Assembly (NCBI RefSeq): GCF_018350175.1
Contig: NC_058368.1
Location: forward strand, 69,070,001 to 69,134,000
Direction: 5' to 3'
Source of the DNA: Felis catus
Lineage: Eukaryota
DNA length: 64,000 bases
The notes beneath the pieces were generated by a model. The model saw only the letters and a list, made by a program, of their open reading frames with translations, had not been told where the DNA came from and did not search any database. Shown here piece after piece: positions 38,673 through 51,530 of this stretch (its first letter is position 1; each line of letters starts with the position of its first letter). A program made the position numbers and the translations under genes.

Positions 38673-38940
38673 CTGAAGACTATAACGACCTACCCTCATA
38701 CACACTCAACTTACAGTATATTAACATGATACTGTTATTCTAGAACACTCTTGCCCAGGCAAATGCCTTGATTATTTATTATAAGGATCTCCCTAAAGAT
38801 CCATCAACTCTTCCATTATAAAGCATTAACTGCACCCTCAGTTGATTTAAATCCTTGCATCAAAAGTCTTCACGTCACTGTTTCCAACAATCCAGGACTA
38901 TCATATCATGATCCTTAACCAGCCTTAATCACCCTACCAC

Positions 38941-38981
<41 letters not shown>

Positions 38982-39162
38982 CAAGACCTACCTTATACCA
39001 ACTTCACAATTTTCAACAAATTCTGACCTTGCCCTCCTCCTTTGATAGACTGCTGAAGCTCTTTGGTACACTGGTGTTCTCCCCAACAGCAGTGAGCAAT
39101 GAACACAGCTTTGTCTTATCAAAAGGCTATGTTGTTGATATTTGGGGAGCCAGCATATGACA
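38673..39162 (+). mobile_element. Old ERV1-type LTR (MER90/MER110-like) containing (CA)n at 38943-38979
   Basis: 3' end cagctttgtcttatc...atttggggagccagcatatgaca. Confidence 0.55.
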
Positions 39163-39389
39163 GAGTAATGCTTATGAAATCCCGTCAGGAATTTTCTGTG
39201 AGCCAGGCTCTTCCCAATCCAAGCTGTAGGAGATTTGCTGGCATAAAATAAAATAAGATAATAATACAGAGAACGCTGAAGGGGAAGGTAGGTTAGGAAG
39301 CACTATCCTCCCATGCTCAGTAACATGCAGGCTGTGAGAAAAGACAAGGTGAAGTACTTGCTAAATGTGCTAGGTAACATCCTAGGATA

Positions 39390-39592
39390 ACCCCACATGA
39401 CTTCACCTTTGTATAATCCCTTCCCCTGTGAATGTGCGTGGGTCCTTTGATAGGATGAGGTACCTCCACTATGATGATGTGATTAAGGATGATACATAAA
39501 GGATTTTTCAGTTGACTTTGAGCTAATGAAAACAGAAATTACTCAGGTAGACCTAACGTAATCACAGGAGCTTTTAAAGGCAGAGCATTTTC
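39390..39592 (+). mobile_element. MLT1E-type LTR, 5' part (split by L1)
   Basis: tataatcccttcccctgtgaatgtg, cagttgactttgagctaat; continues at 46671. Confidence 0.75.
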
Positions 39593-41284
39593 GATGGAAC
39601 CAAGATGGCAAAACAGCATGGAAGTTTTTGTGTGTCTCGCATCCATGAAATACAGCCAGACCAACACTAAACCATCCTGCACACCTAGACAAGTGATCTG
39701 AGGATTAACACAACAATCTGCACAAACTGAACCACAGAATTCAGCAGATACACGGTGTGGAGAGGTGAACTTGGGGAGAGAGAAGCTGCAGCGGGCAGGG
39801 AGCAAGTTTTGCATGCGGAGAGAGGATGGGGGTGGGGCGGAGAACATGGGGAAACACCCCCCCCAAAAGCAGCTGGAAAGAAAGTAGAAAAGTGGAAATA
39901 GCCACAGGGACTGAACAAAAAAGGGAGAAAGGAGAAACGAGAGGGTTTAAATTCTGTTAAGACTGTAAACAGGGGTAGTGCAGTCTGCAGCTCCACAACT
40001 CAATACCTGATAGTGCTCTGGTGGGAAGGGCGAATTCCCAGGAGCAGAGTGGGGTCCAGGAGTTCTCAGGCCACACAGGGAGAGGCGGTTCCACTGCTGG
40101 AAGGACATTTGGTAGAGACTATTGAGGCCACCTGGGCCCAGCAGACCCCAGAGAATGTCCACATTGGCTGGTGCTGGAACAAGGTTGCTCAGGGTGAAGG
40201 CAGGTGCCAGATGTGTGTTGTGATTTGCCATAATCCCCGAAAAGCTGCTGCTACGCTATCTCACGAACTTTTTCTGGGGTGGGCTGGCACCTGGCCACAG
40301 CCTCGGGGAACCGGCAGCAGCAGGGTCCACCAGGCATTCCTGGGTGCGGCCGGCATTCAGCCATTGCTCACTGAGACCCTTCCCGCAGAGGTGTGGAATG
40401 GGCCAAAACCGCAGTCCTTCAGAAGTAAGGGGCCGGGGAAAACAGCCGCATCTGAGACAAAACTCAGGAGAGAGGTACTTCCTGGGGCTTGGTCACGACA
40501 GTGAAAAGACGGGCAGTGAACTAAAGCTGAAGACAAAGGACGGGTGCACAATTGCTGATCGGGGAGAAGAGTTCCGATACTAGAGACTGGGTAGCTGGGT
40601 GACGCCATTTTCACTGCTCCTGTGCATGCGCATACGCACCTACGAGCGCCACAACACTCCACCCTAGTAGGCTAGCAGCGCCATCCAGTGGAGAACAGAG
40701 CCATTACACTAAGCTCCGCCCAACTGGGCCAACCTCGCTCTTCAAGAACAAAAGTCTCACCACCTGCTTAGTTTACGGACTATAAAGCACTTCATAGTCT
40801 GACTTCTAAGGGAAAACGAAGTAATTTCAGTCTGTTGGCAGGTCCATCTATTCAATTTTCTTTCTTTTTTTTCTTTTTTTCCCTCTTTTTCATTTCTTTT
40901 CTTTTTCTTGAATACAGAAAGAGAATAATTCATTTTTATTTTCAATTTTTATTGAAAAATTGTTCTTTAATTTTTTACTATATTTTTTAACTTTTCTGTA
41001 AATTTTTCAAATTCTATTTTACTTCCATCATTTTATTTTAGTCTACTTCAGTGTGATCATTTTTTCAAATTTTCAAACGATTTCCTTTTTTCCTTCTTTC
41101 CCCTTTTTTCTTTAATCTATCAAGCCTCTTTCAACACCCAGATCAAAACACACCTAGGATCTAGCATCATTTATTTGATTTTGTGTGTGTGTGTGTGTTT
41201 AATTTTTTAATTTTAATATTTTGAAATTTTAATTTTTTTAATTTTAATTTTTTCTACCTCATTAATTCCTTTTCTCCCTTCAAA

Positions 41285-42160
41285 ATGATGAAACAAAGGA
41301 ATTTACCCCAAAGAAAGAGCAGGAAGAAACGACAGCCAGGATGTAACCAACACAGATACAAGCAAGATGTCTGACCCAGAATTTAGAATTGTGATAATAA
41401 GAATACTAGCTGGAGTCAAAAATAGATTAGAATCCCTTTCTGGAGATAAAAGAAGTAAAAACTAGTCAGGATGAAATAAAAAATGCTATAATTGGGCTGC
41501 AATCATAGATGGATGCAGCAGCGGCAAGGATGGATGAGGCAGAGCAGAGAATCAGCAATATAGAGGACAAACTTATAGAGAATAATGAAGCAGAAAAAAA
41601 GAGGGAGATTAAGGCAAAAGAGCACAATTTAAGAATTAGAGAAATCAGTGACTCATTAAAAAGGAACAATATGAGAATCATAGGGGTCCCAGAAGAGGAA
41701 GAGAGAAAAATAGGGGTAGAAGGGTTATGTGAGCAAATCATAGCAGAAAACTTTCCTAACCTGGGGAAAGACACAGACATCAAAATCCAGGAAGCACAGA
41801 GAACTCCCATTAGATTCAACAAAAACCAAACATCAACAAGGCATATCAGTCAAATTCACAAAATACTCAGGCAAGGAGAGAATCATGAAAGCATCAAGGG
41901 AAAAAAAGTCCTTAACCTACAAGGAAAGATAGATCAGGTTTGTAGCAGACCTATCCATAGAAACTTGGCAGGCCAGAAAGGAGTGGCAGGATATATTCAA
42001 TGTGCTGAATCAGAAAAATATGTAGCCAAGAAAGCTTTATCCAGCAAGGCTGTCATTCAAAATAGAAGGAGAGACAAAGTTTCCCAGACAAACAAAAATT
42101 AAAGGAGTTTGTGACCATTAACCAGCTCTGCAAGAAATTCTAAGTGGGACTCTCTGAGGG
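41285..42160 (+). pseudogene. L1 ORF1p, frameshifted
   Basis: Coiled coil plus RRM motifs LREISDSLKRNNMRIIGVPEEEE, IIAENFPNL, IQEAQRTP; frame breaks on both sides of 41509-41850. Confidence 0.92.
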
Positions 42161-42177
42161 GAGAAAAGATGAAAATA

Positions 42178-42212
<35 letters not shown>

Positions 42213-42281
42213 ATACCAAAAGCAACAAAGATTAGAAAAGACCAGAGAACACCACCAGAAACTCCAACTACAAGCAACATA

Positions 42282-45200
42282 ATGGCAGTAAAGTCATATC
42301 TTTCAGTACTCATTCTAAATGTCAATGGACTCAATGTTCCAATCAAAAGACATAGGGTAACAAAATGGATAAGAAAACAAGATCCATCTATACGCTGTTT
42401 ACAAGACACCCACTTTAGACCTAAAGACACCTTCAGATTGAAAGTAAGGGGATGGAGAACCATCTATCATGCTAATGGTCCACAAAGGAAAGCCAGAGTA
42501 GCCATACTTATTTATATCAAACAATCTAGACTTTAAAATAAAGACTGTAACAAGAGATGAAGAGGGGCATTATATCATAATCAAGGGGTCTATTCACCAA
42601 GAAGACCTAACAATTGTAAACAATTATGCTCCAAATGTGAAAGCACCCAAATATTTAAATCAATTAATCACAAACATAAAGAAACGCATTGAGGGGTGCC
42701 TGGGTGGCTCAGTCGGTTGAGCGGCCGACCTCGGCTCAGGTCATGATTTCGAGGTCCATGAGTTCGAGCTCCACGTCAGGCTCTGTGCTGACAGCTCAGA
42801 GCCTGGAGTCTGTTTCAGATTCTGTGTCTCCCTCTCTGTGACCCTCCCCCGTTCATGCTCTGTCTCTCTCTGTCTCAAAAAATAAATTAAAAAAAACGTT
42901 AAAAAAAATAATAAAAAAATTTTTTAAATAAAAAAAAAGAAACACATTGATAATAATACCGTAATAGTAGGAGACTTCAACACCCCACTTACAGCAATGG
43001 ACAGATCATCTAACCAAAAAATCAACAAGGAAACAATGGCTTTGAATGACACACTGGACCAGATGGACTTAACAGATATATTCAGAACATTTCATCCTAA
43101 AGCAGCAGAATATACATTCTTCTCCAGTGCACATGGAATGTTCTCCAGAATAGACCATATACTGGGCCACAAATCAGCCCTAAGTAAGTACAAAAAGATC
43201 GAGATCATACAATGCATATTTTCAGACCACAACGCTACAAAACTCGAAATCAACCACAAGAAAAAATTTGGAAAGGGAACAAATACTTGGAGACTGAAGA
43301 ACATCCTACTGCAGAATGAATGGGCTAACCAAGCAGTTAAAGAGGAAATTAAAAAGTATATGGAAGCCAATGAAAATGATAACACCACAGCCCAAAACCT
43401 TTGGGACGCAGCAAGGGCGGTCATAAGAGGAAAGTATATAGCAGTCCAGGCCTTCCTAAAGAAGGAAGAAAGATCTCAGATACACAACCTAACCTTACAC
43501 TTTAAGGAGCTGGAAAAAGAGCAGCAAATAAAATACCAAACCAGCAGAAGACAGGAAATAATAAAGATTCGAGCAGAAATTAATGCTATCGAAACAAAAA
43601 ACAGTAGAACAGATCAATGAAACCAGAAGCTGGTTCTTTGAAAGAATTAACAAAATTGATAAACCACTAGCCAGTTTGATCAAGAAGAAAAAGGAAAGGA
43701 CCCAAATAAATAAAATCAAGAATGAAAGAGGAGAGATCACAACCAACACAACAGAAATAAAAACAATAATAAGAGAATATTATGAGCAATTATATGCCAA
43801 TAAGATGGGCAATCTGGAAGATATAGACAAATTCCTAGAAACATATACACTATCAAAACTGAAACAGGAAGAAATAGAAAATTTGAACAGACCCATAACC
43901 AGTAAGGAAATCAAATCAGTAATAAAAATTCTGTCAAAAAACAAGAGTCCAGGGCCAGATGGCTTTCCAAGGGAATTCTACCAAACATTTAAGGAAGAGT
44001 TAACACCTATTCTCTTGAAACTGTTCCAAAAAATAGAAATGGAAGGAAAACTTCCAAACTCATTCTATGAAGCCAGCATTACCTTGATTCCAAAACCAGA
44101 CAGAGACCCCACTAAAAAGGAGAACTATAGACCAATTTCCCTGATGAACATGGACGCAAAAATCTTCAACAAGCTATTAGCCAACCAGCTCCAACAATAC
44201 ATTAAAAAAAAATTATTCACCACAACCAAGTGGGATTTATACTTGGGATGCAGGGCTGGCCCAATATCCGCAAAACAATTAACATGATTCATCACATCAA
44301 TAAAAGAAAGGACAGGAACCATATGATCCTCTCAATAGATGCAGAGAAAGCATTTGACAAAATACAGCATCCTTTCTTGATAAAAACCCTCAAGAAAGTA
44401 GGGATAGAAGGAGCACACCTCGAGATCATAAAAGCCATATATGAATGAGTCAATGCTAATATCATTCTCAATGGGGAAAAACTGAGAGCTTTCCCCTTAA
44501 GGTCAGGAACAGCACAGGGGTGTCCACTCTCACCACGGTTATTCAACATAGTATTGGAAGTCTCAGCCTCTGCAATCAGACAACGCAAAGAAATAAAAGG
44601 CATCCAAATCGGCCAGGAGGAGGTCAAACTTTCACTCTTCGCAGATGACATGATACTCTATATGGAAAACCCAAAAGATTCCACCAAAAAACTGCTAGAA
44701 CTGATTCATGAATTCAGCAAAGTTGCAGGATATAAAATCAACATACAGAAATCAGTTGCATTCCTATACACCAACAATGAAGGAACAGAAAGAGAAATCA
44801 AGGAATTGATCCCATTTACAGTTGCCCCAAAAACCAAAAATACCTAGGAATAAATCTAACCAAAGAGGTGAAAAATCTAAACACTGAAAACTATAGAAAG
44901 CTTATGAAATAAATTGAAGACCAAAAAAAAAAATGAAAAAAGATCCCATGCTCCTGGATAGGAAGAACAAATATTGTTAAAATGTTGATACTACCCAAAG
45001 CAATCTACATATTCAATGCAATCCCTATCAAAATAACACCAGCATTCTTCACAGAGCTAGAACAAATAATCCTAAAATCTGTATGGAACCATAATATACC
45101 CCGAATTGCCAAAGCAATCTTGAAAAAGAAAACCAAAGCAGGAGGCATCACAGTCCCGGACTTCAAGCTATACTACAAAGCTATAATCATCAAGACAGTA

Positions 45201-46205
45201 TGGTACTGGCACAAGAACAGACACTCAGATCAAAGGAACAGAATAGAGAACCCAAACATGGACCCACAAATGTATGGGCAACTAATCTTTGACAAAGCAG
45301 GAAGGAATATCCAATAGAATAAAGACAGTCTCTTCAGCAAGTGATGCTGGGAAAATGGACAGCGACATGCAGAAGAATGAACGTGGACCACTTTCTTACA
45401 CCAGACACAAAAATAAACTCAAAATGGATGAAAGACCTAAATGTAAGACAGGAAGCCATCAAAATCCTTGAGGAGAAAGCAGGCAAAAACCTCTTTGACC
45501 TTGGCTGCAGTAACTTTTTACTCAACACATCTCTGGAAGCAAGGGAACCAAAAGCAAAAATGAACCACTGGGACCTCATCAAAATAAAAAGCTTCTCACA
45601 GCAAAGGAAACAATCAGCAAAACTAAAAGGAAACTGACAGAATGGGAGAAGATATTTGCAAATGACATATCAGATAAAGGGTTAGTATCCAAAATCTATA
45701 AAGAACTTATCAAACTCAACACCCAAAAAACAAATAATCCAGTGAAGAAATGAGAAAAAGACATGAATAGACACTTCTCCAAAGAAGACATCCAGATGGC
45801 CAACTGACACATGAAAAAATGCTCAACATCACTCACCATCAGGGAAATACAAATCAAAACCACCATGAGAAACCACCTTACACCTGTCAGAATGGCTGAC
45901 ATTAACAACTCAGGCAACAACAGATGTTGGCGAGGATGTGGAGAAAGAGGATCTCTTTTGCATTGTTGGTGGGAATGCAAGCTGGTGCAGCCACTCTAGA
46001 AAACAGTATGGAGGTTTCTCAAAAAATTAAAAATAGAACTATCCTACGACGTAGGAATTGCCCTACTAGGTATTTATCCAAGGGATACAATTGTGCTGTT
46101 TTGAAGGGACACATGCACCCCCATGTTTATAGCAACACTATCAACAATAGCCCAAATGGAAAGAGCCCAAATGTCCATTAAGGGATGAATGAATAAAGAA
46201 GATGT

Positions 46206-46250
<45 letters not shown>

Positions 46251-46330
46251 CATGGAGTATTGCTCAGCAATCAAAAAGAATGAAATCTTGTCATTTGCAA
46301 CTATGTGAATGGAACTGGAGGGTGTTATGC
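42282..46330 (+). pseudogene. L1 ORF2p (endonuclease/reverse transcriptase), multiply disrupted
   Basis: EN motifs LNVNGLN, RIDHILG, SDHN; RT motifs [24 protein letters not shown] (FADD at 44638-44649); C-terminal CWRGC..HCWWEC; stops, frameshifts and a SINE insertion. Confidence 0.95.
42693..42935 (+). mobile_element. Can-SINE inserted in L1 endonuclease domain
   Basis: TSD aaagaaacgcattga (42678) / aaagaaacacattga (42936). Confidence 0.96.
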
Positions 46331-46624
46331 TAGGTGAAATTAGTCAGAGAAAGGCAAATATCATATGACTTCACTCATATGAGGACTTTAAGAGACAAAA
46401 CAGATGAACATAAGGGAAGGGAAACAAAAATAATATCAAAACAGGGAGAGGGACAAAACAGAAGAGACTCATAAATATGGAGAACAAACAGAGGGTTACT
46501 GGAGGGGCTGTGGGAGGGGGGATGGGCTAAAAGGGTAAGGGGCATTAAGGAATCTACTCCTGAAATCACTGTTGCACTATATGATAATTTGGATTTAAAT
46601 TTAAAAAAATAAAATTAAAAAATA

Positions 46625-46625
<1 letters not shown>

Positions 46626-46670
<45 letters not shown>
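46626..46670. repeat. (TAGA)n microsatellite forming the L1 tail
   Basis: Perfect array abutting the 3' TSD. Confidence 0.97.
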
Positions 46671-46672
<2 letters not shown>

Positions 46673-47102
46673 GGCAGAGCATTTTCTCAGGCCTTTAGTA
46701 GAATTCAGAAAGATTTCAAGCACAGAGAATAAGGGAATCCCTTAGAAGATGGAGGGGATCACATGGCAAGGAATGTGGGTGGCCTCTCAGAGCTAAAGAT
46801 GACCCCCAGCTGACATCCAGCAAGGAAATAGGGACCGCCATTCTACTATCCTAAATAACTGTGTTCTGCCATCAGCCCAAATGAGCCATAAAGTGGAGTC
46901 CTCCCCTCTTCCCCCCGCCCCAGAGTCTCCATATGAGAACTCAGCCCAGCCAATATCTTGATTTTGGTCTTGTGAGACTCTAAGCAGAGAAGCTAGCTAA
47001 GCCCACCCAGACTTCTGACCTATGTAACCATGAGTTAATCAACGGGTAGTATTTTGAGTCTCTAAGTTACCAGTTTTTTGCTACACAAAATAGAAATCAT
47101 AC
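46671..47102 (+). mobile_element. MLT1E-type LTR, 3' part
   Basis: cacatggcaaggaatgtgggtggcctct, ccagcaaggaaataggga, cccagacttctgaccta. Confidence 0.85.
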
Positions 47103-47938
47103 ACCAAGTCATAGATACAAGTTCAAGATAAGATAAAGGATCACTACAAAGCTGTCAAGGTTCACAATCCCCACAAAGCTTTCAAGGCTCATCTCGGATC
47201 CTAACATAGCAGTGATTCCCTGAGGGACCTACCCAACACTCTCCTACCAGAGAGGCCGGGATAAACCAGAAGTGCAATCACTGCAGCTGAACAGATCCTT
47301 CAGTGAAAGAAGTGATGGGCAACTGAGGGTGGGGGGATGCACTGAAAGCTAGGAGATGAAAAGGTCACAGAATTTTTAGCAGGTGCCTAAATTTCCCTTA
47401 TGTAACCCCACCTAGGGTGGGATTTAGTTGGTGGCAAAAGAAAACCACCCAAGAGACAAGACATGGAATTGGCATTAGCACACCCAGGACTCCAGCCTGG
47501 CACTCAGTTAGACAGTGGGGGCTCAGGTGGGCTACTAGGGTCAAGGGCACAGACAAAAATGGTTTGGTGGAGGAGCAAACTAGCCAGATAGGTCTCTTTA
47601 ATTGTCCCTTGGGTACAGTACAATGCACATTGCACAGGTCTGGTTTTTCTACTGTGAAGTCTCCTTTAAAGACCCATCCCTGCTCTCCTCTATCGCCTTC
47701 TCACCCTACCTCCTAGGACCAGGATAAATCTCATCTCTTCCAGGAAGTCTGCCCTTATCACACTGGCCAGGAGTCACCTTCCTATACCTGAATATCAACT
47801 TCCAATGGAAGATACTGGATCCAATAGAAGGTATTTCCTACCAAGAGTAATGACCTACCAAGTTCCAAGAGTAATGACCTCATTTCTTCAAGAACCCACC
47901 CCCATTTCAAGGCATTTTTAATGGTTAAAGACTTTCTT

Positions 47939-48150
47939 GGGGTGCCTGGGTGGCTCAACCGGTTCAGTGTCCGACTCTTGATTTTGGCTCAGGTCATGAT
48001 CTCACAATTTGCGGATTGAGCCCTGAGTTGGGCTCTACACTGATAGCATAAAGCCTGCTTGGGATTCTCTCTTTTCTCTCTCTCTGTCCCTTCCCCCACC
48101 CATGCTTGCTCTATCTCTCGCTCAAAATAAATAAAATAAACTGAAAAAAA
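47939..48150 (+). mobile_element. Can-SINE inserted in a MIR (MIR ~47915-48365)
   Basis: TSD aaagactttct / aaagaccttct; MIR core resumes at ~48165. Confidence 0.94.
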
Positions 48151-49125
48151 AAAGACCTTCTCACACTGAACCCAAATCTATCACTTAATAACTGTGTGAT
48201 GCCTGGCAAGTGAGTACCTCTCTGGGACCCACTTCCCTCCTCTGCAAATGGGAATAAAATTAGTACCTTCCTCAAAAGATAGTTGGGAGGATTAAATAAA
48301 ATAGCCCAAGTAAAAGACTTTGTACTATGTCTGACACATAGTGAGGGCTTGATAAACGGTGGTTGTTGTTCCAATTGTTGAAAGAAATGTTTTAAAGCAT
48401 CTATTACAATGTCTGGTGCCCTGTAGGCACTCAGTGAATCGCAGCTCTTATGGGCTGCGGCAGCTCAAGCCACACACAGACCCCACTCCTCTTTTTTCAG
48501 CTGAAACCTTCCAAATATATAAAAACGGTTGCGTAAGCTGCCTGAAACAGGATATGTGACCAATAAATGTTGTTGCCCTGAATCCCGGTTTCTCTCGTCC
48601 AAGTAGAAGTCCTGCACTGCAGAACATCTTCCAGGTGCCCTCTACCACGTGTAGAAATGCTCTCTCCAAACGAAGCCCCTGCGAACTGAAGAGAGTTCTG
48701 TGGATGTGACGAAGGATGTGAGACAGAAGACTTGTGACCTACCTTCACGTAGACACGGCAGTCCTCCTAATTTGATGCAATTCTTTTTTCATATATAAAA
48801 TAAGACCTTCAGGTAGATTACTTACATTTCCTTTCATCGTTCTCTAATTTAATCCTTCAAGATTATTTGAAATTTTAATTTTATCCTCTGCCACATTTGC
48901 TATTCTTTTTAGCTGTGTCATCTGCAAATTTGAGAGCCTGCTTCCTAAGCCTCCATCACTATTTGGCGCTAATTCTGTTCACATGTCTCATCTCTTGATG
49001 GATTTTAATATGTTTATGGATAAAAAACGTTTTCTATGCTTTAGGATATCCTCTGAAGTAGTAGCTTTGAAAACTTTGTAACGGAAGCCCATAGTGAGAA
49101 ATACATTTAACATTGCAACCCAATC

Positions 49126-49164
<39 letters not shown>

Positions 49165-49200
49165 CCAGATATAAATGTTTAATAAAATTATACTTATACA

Positions 49201-49420
49201 GGGGAGCCTGGGTGGCCCGGTCGGTTAAGCTTCCAACTTCGGCTCAGGTTATGATCTCACAGTTCATGAGTTACAGCGTCATGTTGGGCTCTGTGCTGAC
49301 AACTTGGAGCCTGGAGCCTGCTTTGGATTCTGTGTGTGTGTGTCTCTCTCTCTGCCCCTCCCCCACTCATGCTCTGTCTCTCTCTCTCAAAAATAAATAC
49401 ACATTAAAAAAATTTTTTAA
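49201..49420 (+). mobile_element. Can-SINE, flanked by (CA)n at 49129-49162 and (TTA)n at 49473-49514
   Basis: Complete element; tacttataca on both sides. Confidence 0.95.
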
Positions 49421-49469
49421 TGTGTACTTATACATATATGAAGCCCTCTGATACTGTCCATTCTATTGC

Positions 49470-49514
<45 letters not shown>

Positions 49515-49961
49515 CATTGTTAGTCAAGACCCACATGATTGATTCCGTGGTCCATTAACAGAACCTGTGCCATAATTTGCAATTTGCTGTTCTAGAAAGG
49601 GGCTTTTAAAATTTTTCCACTAAAGTGACAGAAAAAAGCTGTGCTCGAGAGCAGGAGACGTTGGCAGCACTGCCTAAAGAAATCTTTGCTTTATCTTTAA
49701 AACCCGTAAGAATATTGTGTTCCACTGCATAATACCGCCATGTTTATTTTAGTATAAAGTAAGTAGGCCTTTCTCCATTTTTTTCTAGTAAAAATTATAA
49801 TGCACAGAGTGTTCTATTTTTATGCCAGGCTTTGTTTGCCCTTCGGCACTCCACCAGAAACCCACTGACAGATGGGCACCCCAGTTTGAGAAGAAAAGCT
49901 CCACTACTCCAGAAGCAGGGCCAACCACACCGCCGTTCCTCAGTAAGAATGGGTTTCCTTA

Positions 49962-50263
49962 AGATTTCACTCACGTGGAATTTGAGAAACTTCACAAATG
50001 ATCATAGGGGAAGGGAAGGAAAAATAAGATAAAAACAGAGAGGGGGGCAAGCCATAAGAGACTCTCTTAAATATAGAGAACAAACTGAGGGTTGGTGGGA
50101 GTGGGGGAGTGGGGTAAATGGGTGATGGGCGTTAAGGAGGGCACTTGTTGGGATGAGCACTGGGTGTCATATGTAAGTGATGAATTACTGAGTTCTACTC
50201 CTGAAGCCAAGGCTACACTGTATGTTAACTAACTTGAGAATAAACTTAAAAAAAAAAAAAAAA
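49962..50263 (+). mobile_element. 5'-truncated carnivore L1 3' end
   Basis: L1 3'UTR plus poly(A); TSD aagaatgggtttcctta / aagaatgggtttactta. Confidence 0.93.
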
Positions 50264-50425
50264 AAGAATGGGTTTACTTATTGGTAGGCTATTTTCCTAA
50301 AGAAGGGAATGTGTATGAGATAGAATGAAGTCTTCCTTTAAACAAATTTTATTTTAGTCTTCCTTAGGATGGGACAGAAATATGGGATAAATGGATTATT
50401 AGTGAAAGACCAGGAGGATGAGCTT

Positions 50426-50918
50426 TGTTATAGACAATTCCCATTGGGTCTTTCACATTTCTGTCTGTCTTGCAAATGGAGGCACCGACTGCCTTCTTCA
50501 CTGAATGACTTTTCAAAGAAGTTTGTATGAAAGAACGTGCTTGAACACAGAAGGAGTATCTCCCTTGGGGCAAAGGGCAGTTTTGTTTACTGTCCGGTAT
50601 GATGAAAATGTCTTCCCTCCAGTCTGTGGTCAGGCATGGTTACAGCCCATTGTATAAGATTTGGGATCCCGAGGCCCACAGTTCCTCTCCTGTAATGCAC
50701 CCCCTGCATGTGTGAATGCTACCTGGCCCTCTTTATGTTCCCCTGTGGACACTAAGGCGTGGGAAACTACAGCAAATGCTGATACTCTATCACTATTACT
50801 GTGAATAATAAACTGTCCTTTATCTTGTCTGTCTTCCGCCAGCATACACGTGAGAGGCTGCCACTGTGGGTTGGGTTGGCAGGAGGGGAAAATCTCTAAC
50901 TTTTCTCAGTTCTGGGCA
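50426..50918 (+). mobile_element. LTR40-like ERVL solo LTR
   Basis: tgttatagacaattcccattgggtct start, aataaac signal at ~50807, ...tctcagttctgggca end. Confidence 0.7.
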
Positions 50919-50989
50919 GTCTCGTATTACTGGTTCCAACAGGCAAGTCCATGTCTTGAAGCAATTAAGTTTATATTTTTTTTCCTTCT

Positions 50990-51530
50990 TTCATTTAGTC
51001 ATTCAATAACTACATATTCACAGAATGCCTAATCAATGCTGGAAAGTTTCCAAGAGGCTGAGGATATGGGAATCCAGCATTCGGCAAAAACAAGCCTCAT
51101 AATAAAAACCAAAAGCCTCATAGTAAAACAAAGTTTAGTGAGAGAAGACAAAATAAACAAATAATCAAATGGGCTAATAGGATCATTTCAGAGAATGTAA
51201 ATGTTAGAAAGAAAATAATCCTACTCTGGGGTGATACAACAGAGAATGTTGGGATAAACGTGGAGGGAGGGATGACTTCAGGCTGGGTGATCAAGGAAGA
51301 GCTTTCAGAGGCGGTGAATCTGGAGCTGAGACATTGTTGACAAGGTCAACCAGCCAGGAGAAGGTCTTGGGAAAGAGTATTCCAGGAGTAGCTGCAGTGG
51401 GTGCCCTAAGGCAGGATAGTAGACGATGTATTCAAGAAATGAAAGGCCAAACACCAAGGGCAGAATAATGGTGGATGAGGTTGGAGATGTGGGCAGGGAA
51501 GGAGCCTTGGAGACCAAGGACGGGCTTTGT
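50990..51530 (-). mobile_element. L2 fragment
   Basis: tcatttagtcattcaa terminal motif and typical purine-rich L2 body. Confidence 0.65.

Larger units (their letters stand above)
39593..46670 (+). mobile_element. Full-length, inactive carnivore LINE-1
   Basis: caagatggc 5' start, ~1.7-kb 5'UTR, ORF1, ORF2, 3'UTR; perfect 16-bp TSD aaggcagagcattttc (39577-39592, 46671-46686) at a tttt/aa endonuclease site. Confidence 0.97.

Noticed and set aside
39539..40662. Sense and antisense ORFs in the L1 5'UTR (possible ORF0 analog)
   Set aside because: Mostly non-ATG starts, GC-rich UTR, no similarity I can recognise; one decayed copy cannot support coding
47840..47881. 16-bp direct repeat ccaagagtaatgacct
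   Set aside because: Only two copies; simple local duplication, not CRISPR-like
48480..48570. Plus-strand acceptor, short ORF end and AATAAA
   Set aside because: No upstream plus-strand exons identified; too short to support
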